Of a stretch of 32,000 bases of DNA, positions 1-10,129 are shown in pieces. This DNA comes from Candidatus Saccharimonadota bacterium. Lineage in GTDB: Bacteria > Pseudomonadota > Gammaproteobacteria > Enterobacterales > Enterobacteriaceae. Location: positions 1 through 32,000 of the forward strand of contig CP145874.1 of assembly GCA_041942055.1 (NCBI GenBank), read 5' to 3'. Under the pieces are notes generated by a model that saw only the letters and a program-made list of their open reading frames with translations, was not told the DNA's origin and did no database searches. The stretch's first letter is position 1. Every line of letters begins with the position of its first letter. Position numbers and translations under genes: made by a program.

Positions 1-69
1 CCTTTCGACTTGCATGTGTTAGGCTTGCCGCCAGCGTTCAATCTGAGCCATGATCAAACTCTTCCCTTA
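1..69 (-). rRNA. rrs: 16S rRNA, 5' end only (the gene continues past the left edge of the window)
   Basis: The reverse complement of 1-69 reads TAAGGGAAGAGTTTGATCATGGCTCAGATTGAACGCTGGCGGCAAGCCTAACACATGCAAGTCGAAAGG. This is the universal 27F site plus the gammaproteobacterial 16S 5' domain. The mature 5' end was placed by alignment to E. coli AAATTGAAGAGTTTGATC (+/-3 nt). Confidence 0.95.
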
Positions 70-167
70 AAAAACTAATATGCAAATAAATTACTTATTT
101 ATTATTTCTTCTAAAATTAATCAGAAATAATGTTTATTTCATGTTCATTAGTGCACACACAAATTAA

Positions 168-185
168 TTCAATTTTTACAGAACA
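168..185 (-). promoter_or_regulatory. boxA-like antitermination element in the rrn leader
   Basis: The minus-sense sequence TGTTCTGTAAAAATTGAA matches E. coli rrn boxA TGCTCTTTAACAATTTAT at about 14 of 18 positions. It lies about 100 nt upstream of the mature 16S 5' end. A possible sigma-70 promoter lies further upstream (minus-sense TTGCAT-16 nt-TATAGT, 232-259), but AT-rich DNA offers many look-alikes. Confidence 0.4.
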
Positions 186-266
186 ATAATTATTCGAATC
201 TTATAATATACACTTTTTAAGAAACAGTAATACTATACAAGTTTAAAATCCATATGCAATGTCTTT

Positions 267-803
267 TTACTTATTTTTAACATTTATAGCACGCTGAATA
301 GAAATTAAAATTTCTTTTTTTGATTCTTCTGCATTACCCCAACCCATTATTTTTGTCCATTTATTTTTTTCCAGATCTTTATAATGTTCAAAAAAATAAT
401 TAATTTTATTTAGTAATAATGAGGGTAAATCTTCTATATCTAAAATAGAATCATATTCGGTAGTTAATTTATTATGAGGTACAGCTACAATTTTAAAATC
501 ATAACCAGATTCATCCATCATTTTTAGAATACCTATTGGTCTACAAAAAATTACACTTCTGGGTTCTAAAGAAGGTGCTATTACTAAACTATCAAGGGGA
601 TCACCATCAAGTGATAAAGTATTATTTACATATCCATAATTACAAGGATAAAACATTGAAGTACTTAAAAATCTATCAACAAATAAAGTTCCACTCTTTT
701 TATCTATTTCATATTTTATTAAATTCTGGTTGAACGGTATTTCTATAATGACATAGATATCATGAGGTAAATTTTCACCGATTGGAATGGAATCTAAATA
801 CAT
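267..803 (-). CDS. ppa: inorganic pyrophosphatase
   Basis: This 178-aa ORF is collinear with E. coli Ppa (DIYVIIEIP...[16 protein letters not shown]...[19 protein letters not shown]...[13 protein letters not shown]). An AAGGA Shine-Dalgarno site precedes the ATG. Confidence 0.97.
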   Translation of the reverse strand: MYLDSIPIGENLPHDIYVIIEIPFNQNLIKYEIDKKSGTLFVDRFLSTSMFYPCNYGYVNNTLSLDGDPLDSLVIAPSLEPRSVIFCRPIGILKMMDESGYDFKIVAVPHNKLTTEYDSILDIEDLPSLLLNKINYFFEHYKDLEKNKWTKIMGWGNAEESKKEILISIQRAINVKNK

Positions 804-895
804 TGAATTATCCTTCTTAGGTTGATATTAATAAATACTTCTGCATAATATAATAATCTAAAAGAATATTGATTATTTAATGTGAAGAGATAAAT

Positions 896-1531
896 ATGTA
901 TTATAATACAATTTTTATCATTTCAGCGCCTAGTGGTACTGGAAAAACTAGCATAATTCAAACTTTATTGCAAAAATTAGATACCGCTAAATTATCCATT
1001 TCTTATACTACAAGAAAAAAACGACCCCAAGAAAAGAACGGAAAACATTATCATTTTATATCTTATGATCAATTTGATAATATGAGAAAAGAAGGTGAAT
1101 TTTTAGAATATACCCAAATTTTTGGTAATTTTTATGGTACCTCACGTGTAGAAGTTAAAAAATTATTGTCAAATCACCAAGATATTTTTCTGGATATTAA
1201 TTGGCAAGGAGCTCGTCAAATTCGTCAACACATACCTAAAGCATGTAGTATTTTTATATTACCACCGTCAAAAAAAGAATTAATGAAACGTTTATATTAT
1301 CGGGGACAAGATAGTCGACAATCTATTGAACAACGCTTTGCACAAGCCATTTCAGAAATGAAACATTATAAAGAATATGATTATATCATTATAAATGACA
1401 ATTACAATCAGGCAGTATACGATTTAAATAATATTATTCATGCAGAAAAATTTAAATTATATCAACAGATAGTACGTAATGATGTTATCATTAGTAAATT
1501 ACTCACTAATTCATCAACTAAAAATGTTTAA
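896..1531 (+). CDS. gmk: guanylate kinase
   Basis: It carries the P-loop SAPSGTGKTS and the E. coli-like motifs YGTSR, FLDINWQGARQIR and IFILPPSKKEL, and aligns full length to E. coli Gmk. Confidence 0.97.
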   Translation: MYYNTIFIISAPSGTGKTSIIQTLLQKLDTAKLSISYTTRKKRPQEKNGKHYHFISYDQFDNMRKEGEFLEYTQIFGNFYGTSRVEVKKLLSNHQDIFLDINWQGARQIRQHIPKACSIFILPPSKKELMKRLYYRGQDSRQSIEQRFAQAISEMKHYKEYDYIIINDNYNQAVYDLNNIIHAEKFKLYQQIVRNDVIISKLLTNSSTKNV

Positions 1532-1537
1532 TTTAAT

Positions 1538-1744
1538 ATGGCACGTATAACTGTTCAAAAAGCCGTCGAAAAAATTGGAAATCGTTTTGATTTAGTTTTG
1601 ATTGCCGCGAAAAGAGCTCGTCAAATACAAAGAGATCATCAACTACCATTAATTCCACCAGATCATGATAAATCTACTATTATTGCCTTGAGAGAAATTG
1701 AGCAAGGATTCATATCAAAAAATTTCTTTGAAGACTTTAAATAA
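1538..1744 (+). CDS. rpoZ: RNA polymerase omega subunit (the C-terminal tail is shorter than in E. coli)
   Basis: [29 protein letters not shown] matches E. coli [29 protein letters not shown]. The gene lies 6 nt after gmk, as in the gmk-rpoZ operon. Confidence 0.95.
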   Translation: MARITVQKAVEKIGNRFDLVLIAAKRARQIQRDHQLPLIPPDHDKSTIIALREIEQGFISKNFFEDFK

Positions 1745-1836
1745 AATCATCTTTATATTTTGAAGAAAACTAATCTGATTATCTAATTTAATCTCTATCT
1801 AATAAGAATTTAATAAATTAGAATAAGTATAAAAAA

Positions 1837-2493
1837 ATGAAATTATGGAAAAGTAAATTTATTGAATTTGTATTACATAATCAAGCGTTAAAATTTGGAA
1901 AGTTCACTTTAAAATCGGGCCGTTGCAGTCCTTATTTTTTTAATCTTGGCATGGTGAGAACTGGATCAGATTTAGCATTATTAGGACGTTTTTATGCGAA
2001 TGCATTAATAGATTCGGGTATAGAGTTTGATATAATATTTGGTCCAGCTTATAAAGGAATATTTATTAGTACTGCTACAACAATTGCATTATCAGAATAC
2101 TATGGAAAAGAAATAGTATATTGTTTTAATCGTAAAGAGGCTAAAACTCATGGAGAACAAGGTTTTTTTATAGGAGCTCCACTAAAAGGACGTATTATCT
2201 TAGTAGATGATGTCCTTACTACTGGAAGTACTATTCATGAATCTATGAATATAATTCAACAAGCTCAAAAAAATCATAGTAAATTAGCTGGAATATTAAT
2301 AGCTTTAGATCGTCAAGAATTTAATAATAATAATAAGATTGCTGCTAAAGAACTAGAAAAATATTATAATTGCAAAGTAATCTCTTTGATTTCTATAACC
2401 GAGTTAATAAATTATACCGAGATAAATAACTCATATCTGGCTAAAAAGCTTCGTATTTATCAAAAACAATATGGATATAATAACAATACTTAA
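1837..2493 (+). CDS. pyrE: orotate phosphoribosyltransferase
   Basis: FIEFVL...[19 protein letters not shown]...GPAYKGI...[12 protein letters not shown] (PRPP-binding motif) is collinear with E. coli PyrE. Confidence 0.97.
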   Translation: MKLWKSKFIEFVLHNQALKFGKFTLKSGRCSPYFFNLGMVRTGSDLALLGRFYANALIDSGIEFDIIFGPAYKGIFISTATTIALSEYYGKEIVYCFNRKEAKTHGEQGFFIGAPLKGRIILVDDVLTTGSTIHESMNIIQQAQKNHSKLAGILIALDRQEFNNNNKIAAKELEKYYNCKVISLISITELINYTEINNSYLAKKLRIYQKQYGYNNNT

Positions 2494-2512
2494 TTTTCTT
2501 ATAACTACAACA

Positions 2513-2974
2513 CTACATATCACCAGAATGTCCAAAACTTCCTATTCCACGCTGGCTCGTAGAAAAACTTTTCACTAGATTGAATTCAACTTGCACTATA
2601 GGTAAAAAAACTAATTGAGCAATTTTCTGATTTGGTTTAATAGTAAACATTTTTTTTCCTCTATTCCATACTGAAATCATTATTTCACCTTGGTAATCGG
2701 AATCAATTAAACCAATCAAATTTCCTAATACTAATCCATATTTATGACCCAATCCAGAACGTGGTAAAATAAAGGCTGCTAGTGAAGGATCAGCAATATG
2801 AATTGCTAAACCAGTTGATACTAGTATCGTATTTCCCGGATTTAATTCTACTATTTCATCTAAACAGGCACGCAAATCTAATCCTGCTGAACCAGAGGTT
2901 GCATAAGTAGGTAAAAGTATATTTTTATCTTCTATACTCTTCTTAAGAACTTTAAGATTAATAATTTTTTTCAT
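2513..2974 (-). CDS. dut: dUTP diphosphatase
   Basis: The 153-aa ORF contains [27 protein letters not shown] and the C-terminal [10 protein letters not shown] motif typical of trimeric dUTPases. Confidence 0.97.
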   Translation of the reverse strand: MKKIINLKVLKKSIEDKNILLPTYATSGSAGLDLRACLDEIVELNPGNTILVSTGLAIHIADPSLAAFILPRSGLGHKYGLVLGNLIGLIDSDYQGEIMISVWNRGKKMFTIKPNQKIAQLVFLPIVQVEFNLVKSFSTSQRGIGSFGHSGDM

Positions 2975-3102
2975 AAAATATCTCTAAAATAGAGTATAAT
3001 GAATATTATAACTGGCTTATATTACTAGTCAACAACTAATATTTCTAGTTAGTCTAAAATATTGCAGATATTAGAGAATAAGTACAATAGAGAATAATTA
3101 TT

Positions 3103-3327
3103 ATGTCAAGATTATGTCAAGTTACAGGTAAACGTCCATTAATTGGTAATTATCGTTCTCATGCTATGAATGCTAAAAAAAGACGCTTTTTTCCAAATTT
3201 ACATTCACATCATTTTTGGATTGAAAGCAAAAAAGCATTCGTAAAAATACGTATATCTACAAAGGGTATGAGAATTATAAACAAAAAAGGTATAAATTCG
3301 ATTCTAAATAAAATAAGAATAAAATAA
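3103..3327 (+). CDS. rpmB: 50S ribosomal protein L28
   Basis: [39 protein letters not shown] matches E. coli [39 protein letters not shown]. Confidence 0.97.
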   Translation: MSRLCQVTGKRPLIGNYRSHAMNAKKRRFFPNLHSHHFWIESKKAFVKIRISTKGMRIINKKGINSILNKIRIK

Positions 3328-3336
3328 GGGGAAAAT

Positions 3337-3507
3337 ATGGGAAAAAAAAAATCCCGAGAAATAATCAAACTGATATCTACTGCAAATACGGGACATTTTT
3401 ATACTACTACTAGAAATAAAAGAAATAAACCTGAAAAAAAAATGCAGTTTAGAAAATTTGATCCTAAAATTCGTAAACATGTAATTTATAAAGAATCAAA
3501 AATTTAG
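3337..3507 (+). CDS. rpmG: 50S ribosomal protein L33 (absent from the supplied ORF track because it is under 60 aa)
   Basis: Hand translation gives [56 protein letters not shown] (56 aa). E. coli has [63 protein letters not shown] is present, and the gene starts 9 nt after rpmB, as in the rpmBG operon. Confidence 0.93.
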   Translation: MGKKKSREIIKLISTANTGHFYTTTRNKRNKPEKKMQFRKFDPKIRKHVIYKESKI

Positions 3508-3547
3508 TAAAAACTATTACATACAAGAGGAAGAGGTTTTCTACAAG

Positions 3548-4360
3548 TTGCCTGAATTACCAGAAATTGAAACTATTTGTCGTGGAATAAGATTATATTT
3601 AGTAGGTCAAACCATTATTTATTCCGTTGTATATAATAAATATTTAAAAGTACCTGTCTCAAATGAGATATCTTCTATTCAAGATCAGAAAATCTTAAGT
3701 GTACAACGTCGTGCTAGATATATTATTATAGAACTACCTTTAGGTTATATGATCATTCATCTAGGTATGTCAGGAAGTTTGCGAATTTTTCCTTTGAATA
3801 CCATACCACAGAAAAATGACCACATAGATTTAATAATAAATAATAGAAAAATACTACGTTATACAGATCCTCGTCGTTTTGGAATGTGGTTATGGAGTAA
3901 TAATTCACCATCTACATTAGATCAGCTAAAACATTTAGGCCCCGAGCCATTAACTGATAAATTTTCTGGTGATTATTTGTTTACTCAATCTCGTAATAAA
4001 CGTATCGCAGTAAAATCTTGGTTAATGGATAATAAATTTGTAGTAGGGATTGGTAATATTTATTCTAATGAATCTTTATTTTTAGCTGGAATATTACCTA
4101 TTCGGAAGATATCTACATTAAATATTCAAGAGTCACAATTTCTTGTAAAAATAATCAAAAAAATACTCCGAGAAGCTATTATGCTGGGAGGTACTACCTT
4201 ACGTGATTTTTGGCACATTGATGGTAAACCAGGTTATTTTATTAATAAATTAAATGTATATAGTCGTACGGGGAAACCATGCAAAAAATGTGGAACATTA
4301 ATTAAATGTATTAAATATAAACAGCGTAGTACTTTTTTTTGTTGCAAATGCCAATCTTAA
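3548..4360 (+). CDS. mutM: formamidopyrimidine-DNA glycosylase (Fpg)
   Basis: A TTG start is followed by PELPEIET (catalytic N-terminal Pro). H2TH motifs are present, as is the C-terminal zinc finger [25 protein letters not shown]. An AAGAGGAAGAGG SD lies upstream. Confidence 0.95.
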   Translation: MPELPEIETICRGIRLYLVGQTIIYSVVYNKYLKVPVSNEISSIQDQKILSVQRRARYIIIELPLGYMIIHLGMSGSLRIFPLNTIPQKNDHIDLIINNRKILRYTDPRRFGMWLWSNNSPSTLDQLKHLGPEPLTDKFSGDYLFTQSRNKRIAVKSWLMDNKFVVGIGNIYSNESLFLAGILPIRKISTLNIQESQFLVKIIKKILREAIMLGGTTLRDFWHIDGKPGYFINKLNVYSRTGKPCKKCGTLIKCIKYKQRSTFFCCKCQS

Positions 4361-4721
4361 TCAATTTATAGAAAGTCACTAAAAATAGAGTGTAAACCAA
4401 TTTCATACAAAAATGAATACACATTCAACGGTTTGTATTATTTGGATGACATTACTGTTGTTTTTAGTAAATATAAATTCATTGGTTATAGCGAAGCAAT
4501 ACTTTTAATTAATCAACAAAATTATCCAATCTGGAATGAAATAGAAGAAATCGAAATTGTATCAAAGTTAAAAACCATTCATAAATTTAAACAGTTTATA
4601 TTTTAAAATTAGTATTAATTAGTTGAAATAATGAGTATTTTTAGTTAAAGGAATAGTGATATTAAGTTTGATTACTTGCTAACCGAGTTGTTAGTATAGT
4701 TATACTTATATTATTTATTAT

Positions 4722-5516
4722 TTATACATTACCATGTGATGCTTCTTTTGCTTGGATAGCAGCTTTAATAATCTTGTAAAAGTTGATAACATTTAAAGAA
4801 GATTTTCCAATTAACACGCCATCAATATCTGGTTGCATTAAAAATTTATATACATTTTCATAATTTACCGATCCTCCATATTGAATAATTATTTTTTCCG
4901 CGATAGCTATATTTTTTGTAGCTATATAATCACGAATAAATTTATGTATCGATTGTGTATGTATAGGTGATAAGTAATTTTCAGTTCCAATAGCCCAAAT
5001 TGGTTCATAAGCAATTACCGTATTTTTAAATGCATCTACACCCTGCTTCTCTAATATAGTTCTAATCTGCCGTTTACATACTTCTTGGGTTTTGCCATTC
5101 TTATTTTCAATCTTATTTTCACCAATACAAAATACAGGTATAAGCCCAACTTTTTTTACTATTGCCAATTTTTTGGCTATCAAATCATCATTTTCTTGAT
5201 GATAAAGACGACGTTCTGAATGGCCTATTATGACATATTTAATTCCAAAATCTTTTAACATATTAGCTGAGATATCTCCAGTAAAAGGACCCTCGAGATT
5301 AATATCTACATTTTGAGCACCTAAATCAATATCAGTGTCAATTAAAGCTTGATGGACTTGATCGAAATACATAATAGGAGGAGCAAGAACTATATCACAA
5401 CATTTTTCTTTCAAATTAATATTCATTAACTTCTGACGTAAGATTTGGATATAATCTTGAATTATCTTTTTATTACCATGGAGTTTCCAATTTGCTATAA
5501 TCAATAAATTACGCAT
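4722..5516 (-). CDS. tpiA: triosephosphate isomerase
   Basis: ANWKLHG, IIGHSERR, AYEPIWAIGT and IQYGGSV are the TIM signature motifs. The ORF is collinear with E. coli TpiA. Confidence 0.97.
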   Translation of the reverse strand: MRNLLIIANWKLHGNKKIIQDYIQILRQKLMNINLKEKCCDIVLAPPIMYFDQVHQALIDTDIDLGAQNVDINLEGPFTGDISANMLKDFGIKYVIIGHSERRLYHQENDDLIAKKLAIVKKVGLIPVFCIGENKIENKNGKTQEVCKRQIRTILEKQGVDAFKNTVIAYEPIWAIGTENYLSPIHTQSIHKFIRDYIATKNIAIAEKIIIQYGGSVNYENVYKFLMQPDIDGVLIGKSSLNVINFYKIIKAAIQAKEASHGNV

Positions 5517-5522
5517 TCATTA

Positions 5523-6269
5523 TTACCAATAATGCTCAGTTGTTATATGACCAATCTCTTTACCATAACGTAAATGCTTCTTCATGTTTTTCAGTTGGTG
5601 TAATATTTCTTGTGTTTCACGTACCATATTTGGATTACCACATAACATCACATGACTATTTTGTGGATTCATTTCAATATTTAGAGTTTTTTCAAGTGTT
5701 CCATCAGCTATTAATACTGGTATGCGACCTAATAAAGATCCAGGAATATATTCTCGACTAACTATAGTTATAAGATTTAGTTTTTCATTATAACGTTTTT
5801 TTAATTCTTGCATTAGTGGTAAATAACATAAATCTCTAGCATAACGTACAGCATGAACGAGTATTATATGCTCAAACCTCTCTAAATCTTTACCTTCCTG
5901 CAGTATTGATAAATATGGTCCAATTCCTGTACCTGTTGCTAACATCCATAGATCCTTACAACTAGGAATTTCTTTTAATACAAAAAAACCAAATGCTTTT
6001 TTAGAAATTAATAAATTACTACCAATTTTAAGATCATGTAAATAAGGACTCAATTTTCCATCTTTTACTGTCACTATATAAAATGCTAAATCATTATCAC
6101 TAGGAGCATTTACATATGAATAAGCACGTTGAATGCGTTTCTGATTGTTTTCAAAAGCAATTTTTGTAAATTGTCCTGCAATAAAAGGAGATATAGCAGC
6201 ATGAAGCTTAAGTGTAAATAAATTTTCTGTCCAGTGTATTACTTGTATAACTTTTGCTACTACCCACAT
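5523..6269 (-). CDS. fpr: ferredoxin/flavodoxin-NADP+ reductase
   Basis: FIAGQFTKI, RAYSYVNAP, WMLATGTGIGPYLSIL, SHVMLCGNPNMV and the C-terminal TTEHYW match E. coli Fpr. The stop lies 6 nt before the tpiA start. Confidence 0.95.
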   Translation of the reverse strand: MWVVAKVIQVIHWTENLFTLKLHAAISPFIAGQFTKIAFENNQKRIQRAYSYVNAPSDNDLAFYIVTVKDGKLSPYLHDLKIGSNLLISKKAFGFFVLKEIPSCKDLWMLATGTGIGPYLSILQEGKDLERFEHIILVHAVRYARDLCYLPLMQELKKRYNEKLNLITIVSREYIPGSLLGRIPVLIADGTLEKTLNIEMNPQNSHVMLCGNPNMVRETQEILHQLKNMKKHLRYGKEIGHITTEHYW

Positions 6270-6321
6270 ATAATTAATTACCTCTATTACTTATCCTTCT
6301 ATAAAAATAGAAGATTTAGAT

Positions 6322-7827
6322 TTATTTTTTCCATCCTTGAGTTAAATAAATGGCTTTATGCCATTTTTTATATCTTTCATTCCTCTCCAACCCAGAAATA
6401 CTTGGTATAAAACATCGTTCAATCATTAATTTAGCATGTATTTCTTCCAAATCTACCCAAAAACCTACAGCTAATCCCGCCAAAAAAGCAGCTCCTAAAG
6501 CTGTAACTTCACGTAAGTTTGGACGTTCTAAAGGTATTCCAAGAATATCAGATTGAAATTGCATTAAAAAATTATTAGTTACTGCTCCCCCATCTACTCT
6601 AAGCATATTGATAGCAGAATTGGTATCGGCTTGCATGGCTTCTAGAACATCACGAGTCTGATAAGCAATTGATTCTAATGTTGCTCTAATGATATGGCTC
6701 GCATTAGCCCCACGAGTTAATCCAAAAATAGCACCTCTAGCATATGGATCCCAATAAGGAGCTCCTAATCCAGTAAAAGCTGGAACAAAATATATACCAT
6801 TCGTATCTTTAACTTCAGTAGCAAAATACTCTGAATCTGCTGCATTAGTTATTAATTTCATTTCATCACGTAACCATTGGATAGAAGCTCCAGCAATAAA
6901 TACTGTGCCTTCAAGAGCATAATTTACTTCACCATGTGGACCACATGCGATAGTAGTCAATAAACCATGAGTAGAATTAATAACTGTTGAGTTAGTATTC
7001 ATCAACATAAAACATCCTGTACCATAAGTATTTTTAGTCATTCCGAATTTCACGCATAACTGACCGTAAAGTGCGGCTTGTTGATCTCCAACTATACCGG
7101 CTATAGCAATTTTTTTTTCATGTATTCCACATATGTTAGTAAAACCATAAATTTCTGAAGAAGGACGCACTTGTGGTAAAATTATACTTGGAATTTCAAA
7201 TATATCTAATAATTTTTGATCCCATTCAAGAGTATGAATATTAAATAACATAGTACGTGAAGCATTTGTATAATCTGTAACATGTAGACGTCCTTGAGTC
7301 ATTTTCCAAACTAACCAAGTATCAATAGTACCAAATAATATTTCTCCACGATTGGCTTTTTCACGTACTCCTGAAACATGATCAAATATCCATTTTACTT
7401 TAGTAGCAGAAAAATAAGGGTTTATTACTAATCCAGTACTTTGATGAATATAATTTTCCCATCCTTCTTTCTTGAGTTTCTCACATAAATCCGCTGTACG
7501 AGAACATTGCCATACAATAGCATTATACACTGGTTTACCAGTAACTTTATCCCAAATAACCGTTGTTTCCCTTTGATTAGTAATACCAATTCCTATAATT
7601 TGATCTGATTTAATCTCAGCATATGCAAGTGCATCTATTAGAGAAGAGCATTGAGATGTCCATATATCTATGGGATCATGCTCTACCCATCCAGCTTTAG
7701 GATAAATTTGTGTAAATTCACGCTGTGATATTGCTACAATATTTACATCACGATCTAATACTACAGCACGAGAACTAGTTGTACCTTGATCAAGAGCAAG
7801 AAGGTATTGTTTTTTATCTATAGCCAT
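6322..7827 (-). CDS. glpK: glycerol kinase
   Basis: The 501-aa ORF is very close to E. coli GlpK along its whole length ([86 protein letters not shown]). Confidence 0.98.
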   Translation of the reverse strand: MAIDKKQYLLALDQGTTSSRAVVLDRDVNIVAISQREFTQIYPKAGWVEHDPIDIWTSQCSSLIDALAYAEIKSDQIIGIGITNQRETTVIWDKVTGKPVYNAIVWQCSRTADLCEKLKKEGWENYIHQSTGLVINPYFSATKVKWIFDHVSGVREKANRGEILFGTIDTWLVWKMTQGRLHVTDYTNASRTMLFNIHTLEWDQKLLDIFEIPSIILPQVRPSSEIYGFTNICGIHEKKIAIAGIVGDQQAALYGQLCVKFGMTKNTYGTGCFMLMNTNSTVINSTHGLLTTIACGPHGEVNYALEGTVFIAGASIQWLRDEMKLITNAADSEYFATEVKDTNGIYFVPAFTGLGAPYWDPYARGAIFGLTRGANASHIIRATLESIAYQTRDVLEAMQADTNSAINMLRVDGGAVTNNFLMQFQSDILGIPLERPNLREVTALGAAFLAGLAVGFWVDLEEIHAKLMIERCFIPSISGLERNERYKKWHKAIYLTQGWKK

Positions 7828-7999
7828 ATAAAATTCCTGAGACTAAAAAAATTACTAATAACATAATTACGTATAGTTTCAAGGAAAGTAAGTTATGAAT
7901 AAATATTATTTATGTAACGTTCAAAATTACATTCACTTTAGATAAATACAATATTTTTGATTAATTAGATTATTCAAGCATCAAGATCATGTTCAGTTA

Positions 8000-9334
8000 T
8001 TATAATATAAAACGACTTAAATCTTCATCTGTTACTAATTGATCTAAATGATTAGATACATATTTTTCATCAATAGTGATTGTTTTACCACTAAGATTAT
8101 TAGCTTCGTAAGAAATTTCTTCCATTAATCGTTCTAATACAGTATATAATCTTCTAGCTCCAATATTTTCAGTAGTTTCATTTACTTGCCAAGCAGATTC
8201 AGCAATCCTACGAATACCATCTTTAGTGAAATTAATATTTACACCTTCTGTAGCCATCAAGGCTTTATACTGTGTAGTCATAGATGCATTTGGTTCAGTC
8301 AGAATACGTTCAAAATCATTTGTTGTCAAAGCTTGTAATTCGACACGAATTGGTAAACGTCCTTGAAGTTCTGGAATTAAATCAGAAGGACTTGAGATTT
8401 GAAAAGCCCCAGAAGCTATAAATAAAATATGATCGGTTTTCACCATACCATGTTTAGTAGATACTAAACATCCTTCAACTAAAGGTAAAAGATCTCTTTG
8501 TACTCCTTCTCTAGACACATCAGGTCCCGTTGATTCACCACGTGTACAAATTTTATCAATTTCATCGATAAACACAATTCCATGTTGTTCTACTGCTTCA
8601 ATAGCCTCCTTTTTTAACTCTTCAGGATTAAGTAGTCGAGATGCTTCTTCTTCTATTAAAAACTTCATGGCATCTATAATTTTAAGCTTGTGTTTTTTTT
8701 GTTTTTGACCACTTAAATTTTGGAACATAGACTGTAATTGACTGGTCATTTCTTCCATGCCTGGTGGTGCCATAATTTCTATTCCCATAGGAACCGTACT
8801 TAAATTAATCTCTATCTCTTTATCATTCAATACTCCATCTCGTAACTTTTTCCTGAATAGTTGTCGAGTTACTGAAGGTTCTTGAGATCCTTCTTGATTC
8901 TTCCAGTTATTATTAGAAGATGGTGGAACTAATACATCCAATATACGTTCCTCTGCCATTTTTTCAGCACGATGGCGATTTTGATCCATCCGTAAAATAC
9001 GTACAATTTTTATGGCAGAATCTGTTAAATCACGGATGATAGAATCAACTTCTTTCCCTACATATCCTACTTCAGTAAATTTGGTTGCTTCAACTTTAAT
9101 AAAGGGTGCATGGGCTAATCTTGCTAAACGGCGAGCAATTTCCGTTTTTCCTACACCAGTTGGACCAATCATTAAAATATTTTTAGGAGTAATCTCATGG
9201 CGTAGTTCTTCATTTAATTGCATACGTCTCCAGCGATTACGTAATGCTATTGCAACTGCACGTTTTGCATGATTTTGACCAATAATAAATTTATTTAATT
9301 CATTCACTATTTCCCGAGGAGTCATCTCAGCCAT
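8000..9334 (-). CDS. hslU: ATP-dependent protease ATPase subunit HslU
   Basis: [20 protein letters not shown], the Walker A motif [15 protein letters not shown], the Walker B motif [11 protein letters not shown] and the C-terminal DEDLSRFIL are nearly identical to E. coli HslU. Confidence 0.98.
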   Translation of the reverse strand: MAEMTPREIVNELNKFIIGQNHAKRAVAIALRNRWRRMQLNEELRHEITPKNILMIGPTGVGKTEIARRLARLAHAPFIKVEATKFTEVGYVGKEVDSIIRDLTDSAIKIVRILRMDQNRHRAEKMAEERILDVLVPPSSNNNWKNQEGSQEPSVTRQLFRKKLRDGVLNDKEIEINLSTVPMGIEIMAPPGMEEMTSQLQSMFQNLSGQKQKKHKLKIIDAMKFLIEEEASRLLNPEELKKEAIEAVEQHGIVFIDEIDKICTRGESTGPDVSREGVQRDLLPLVEGCLVSTKHGMVKTDHILFIASGAFQISSPSDLIPELQGRLPIRVELQALTTNDFERILTEPNASMTTQYKALMATEGVNINFTKDGIRRIAESAWQVNETTENIGARRLYTVLERLMEEISYEANNLSGKTITIDEKYVSNHLDQLVTDEDLSRFIL

Positions 9335-9345
9335 AATAAAGATCC

Positions 9346-9882
9346 TTACACTTTAACTTTAGAGGTTAATTCTTCAATTGTAAAATTATGATTGGTATAA
9401 ATACAGATATCACCAGCAATAGTTAAAGCTTTTTCTGTAATTTCACGAGCATTAAGATTGGTTGTTTCTAACATAGCTTTAGCAGCTGCTTGAGCATAAA
9501 TTCCACCAGAACCAATAGCTATAAGATCATTTTCCGGTTGAATAACATCACCATTTCCGGTAATGATCAATGATGCATTTTCATCTGCAACTGCCAACAG
9601 TGCTTCCAATCTGCGTAACATACGATCAGTACGCCAATCTTTTGCAAGTTCTACTGCTGCCTTTATTAGATGTCCCTGACATATACCTAATTTGCGCTCA
9701 AAACGTTCAAATAACGTAAAAGCATCTGCGGTTCCGCCAGCAAAACCAGCCATTACATGATCATTATAAAGACGACGCACTTTTTGGATATTTCTTTTCA
9801 TTATTGTGTATCCTAGTGTCGCTTGACCATCACCACCCATTACTACCTTATCATTACGGCGTACACTTAGTATTGTTGTCAT
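9346..9882 (-). CDS. hslV: ATP-dependent protease subunit HslV
   Basis: MTTILSVRR has the N-terminal catalytic Thr after Met. [27 protein letters not shown] and [19 protein letters not shown] match E. coli HslV. The gene lies 11 nt upstream of hslU. Confidence 0.98.
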   Translation of the reverse strand: MTTILSVRRNDKVVMGGDGQATLGYTIMKRNIQKVRRLYNDHVMAGFAGGTADAFTLFERFERKLGICQGHLIKAAVELAKDWRTDRMLRRLEALLAVADENASLIITGNGDVIQPENDLIAIGSGGIYAQAAAKAMLETTNLNAREITEKALTIAGDICIYTNHNFTIEELTSKVKV

Positions 9883-9934
9883 TTATAACCCCCATAAAAA
9901 ACTTAGGATGATAGATAATCATAAGACAAATCAT

Positions 9935-9963
9935 ATATGGGGTAATATTACTTATATTCAACC
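9935..9963 (-). promoter_or_regulatory. sigma-32 (heat-shock) promoter of hslVU
   Basis: The minus-sense sequence is GGTTGAAT-ATAAGTAATATTA-CCCCATAT. It has a -35 TTGAA at 9957-9961, a 13-14 nt spacer and a -10 CCCCATAT at 9935-9942. This matches the E. coli sigma-32 consensus CTTGAAA-N13/14-CCCCATNT and lies about 50 nt upstream of the hslV ATG. E. coli hslVU is a known sigma-32 operon. Confidence 0.65.
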
Positions 9964-10129
9964 TCTTTATAATGATAAAGAAAATTATATCTCATCATGT
10001 ATTACTTCCGACAAATAGATTTCTCCATTTATTAGATATGTTTTATAAAAATTAAGAATTAATAGGGTTTTTAACAAAAATAGTTAAAATGACTACTAGA
10101 AGGTTTCCATTACTAATAGGAATAAAAGA

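Noticed and set aside
4413-4508. A 31-codon hydrophobic small ORF (MNTHSTVCIIWMTLLLFLVNINSLVIAKQYF) in the 361-bp mutM-tpiA spacer.
   Set aside because: There is no SD and no recognisable homologue. ORFs of this length are expected by chance in AT-rich spacers. The spacer is more likely decaying DNA at a synteny breakpoint.
6296-6313. A perfect 6-bp hairpin, CTTCTA-TAAAAA-TAGAAG, 9 nt downstream of the glpK stop, considered as a terminator.
   Set aside because: The stem is AT-rich and there is no U-tract after it in the transcribed (minus) sense. fpr follows 52 bp later and is probably co-transcribed.
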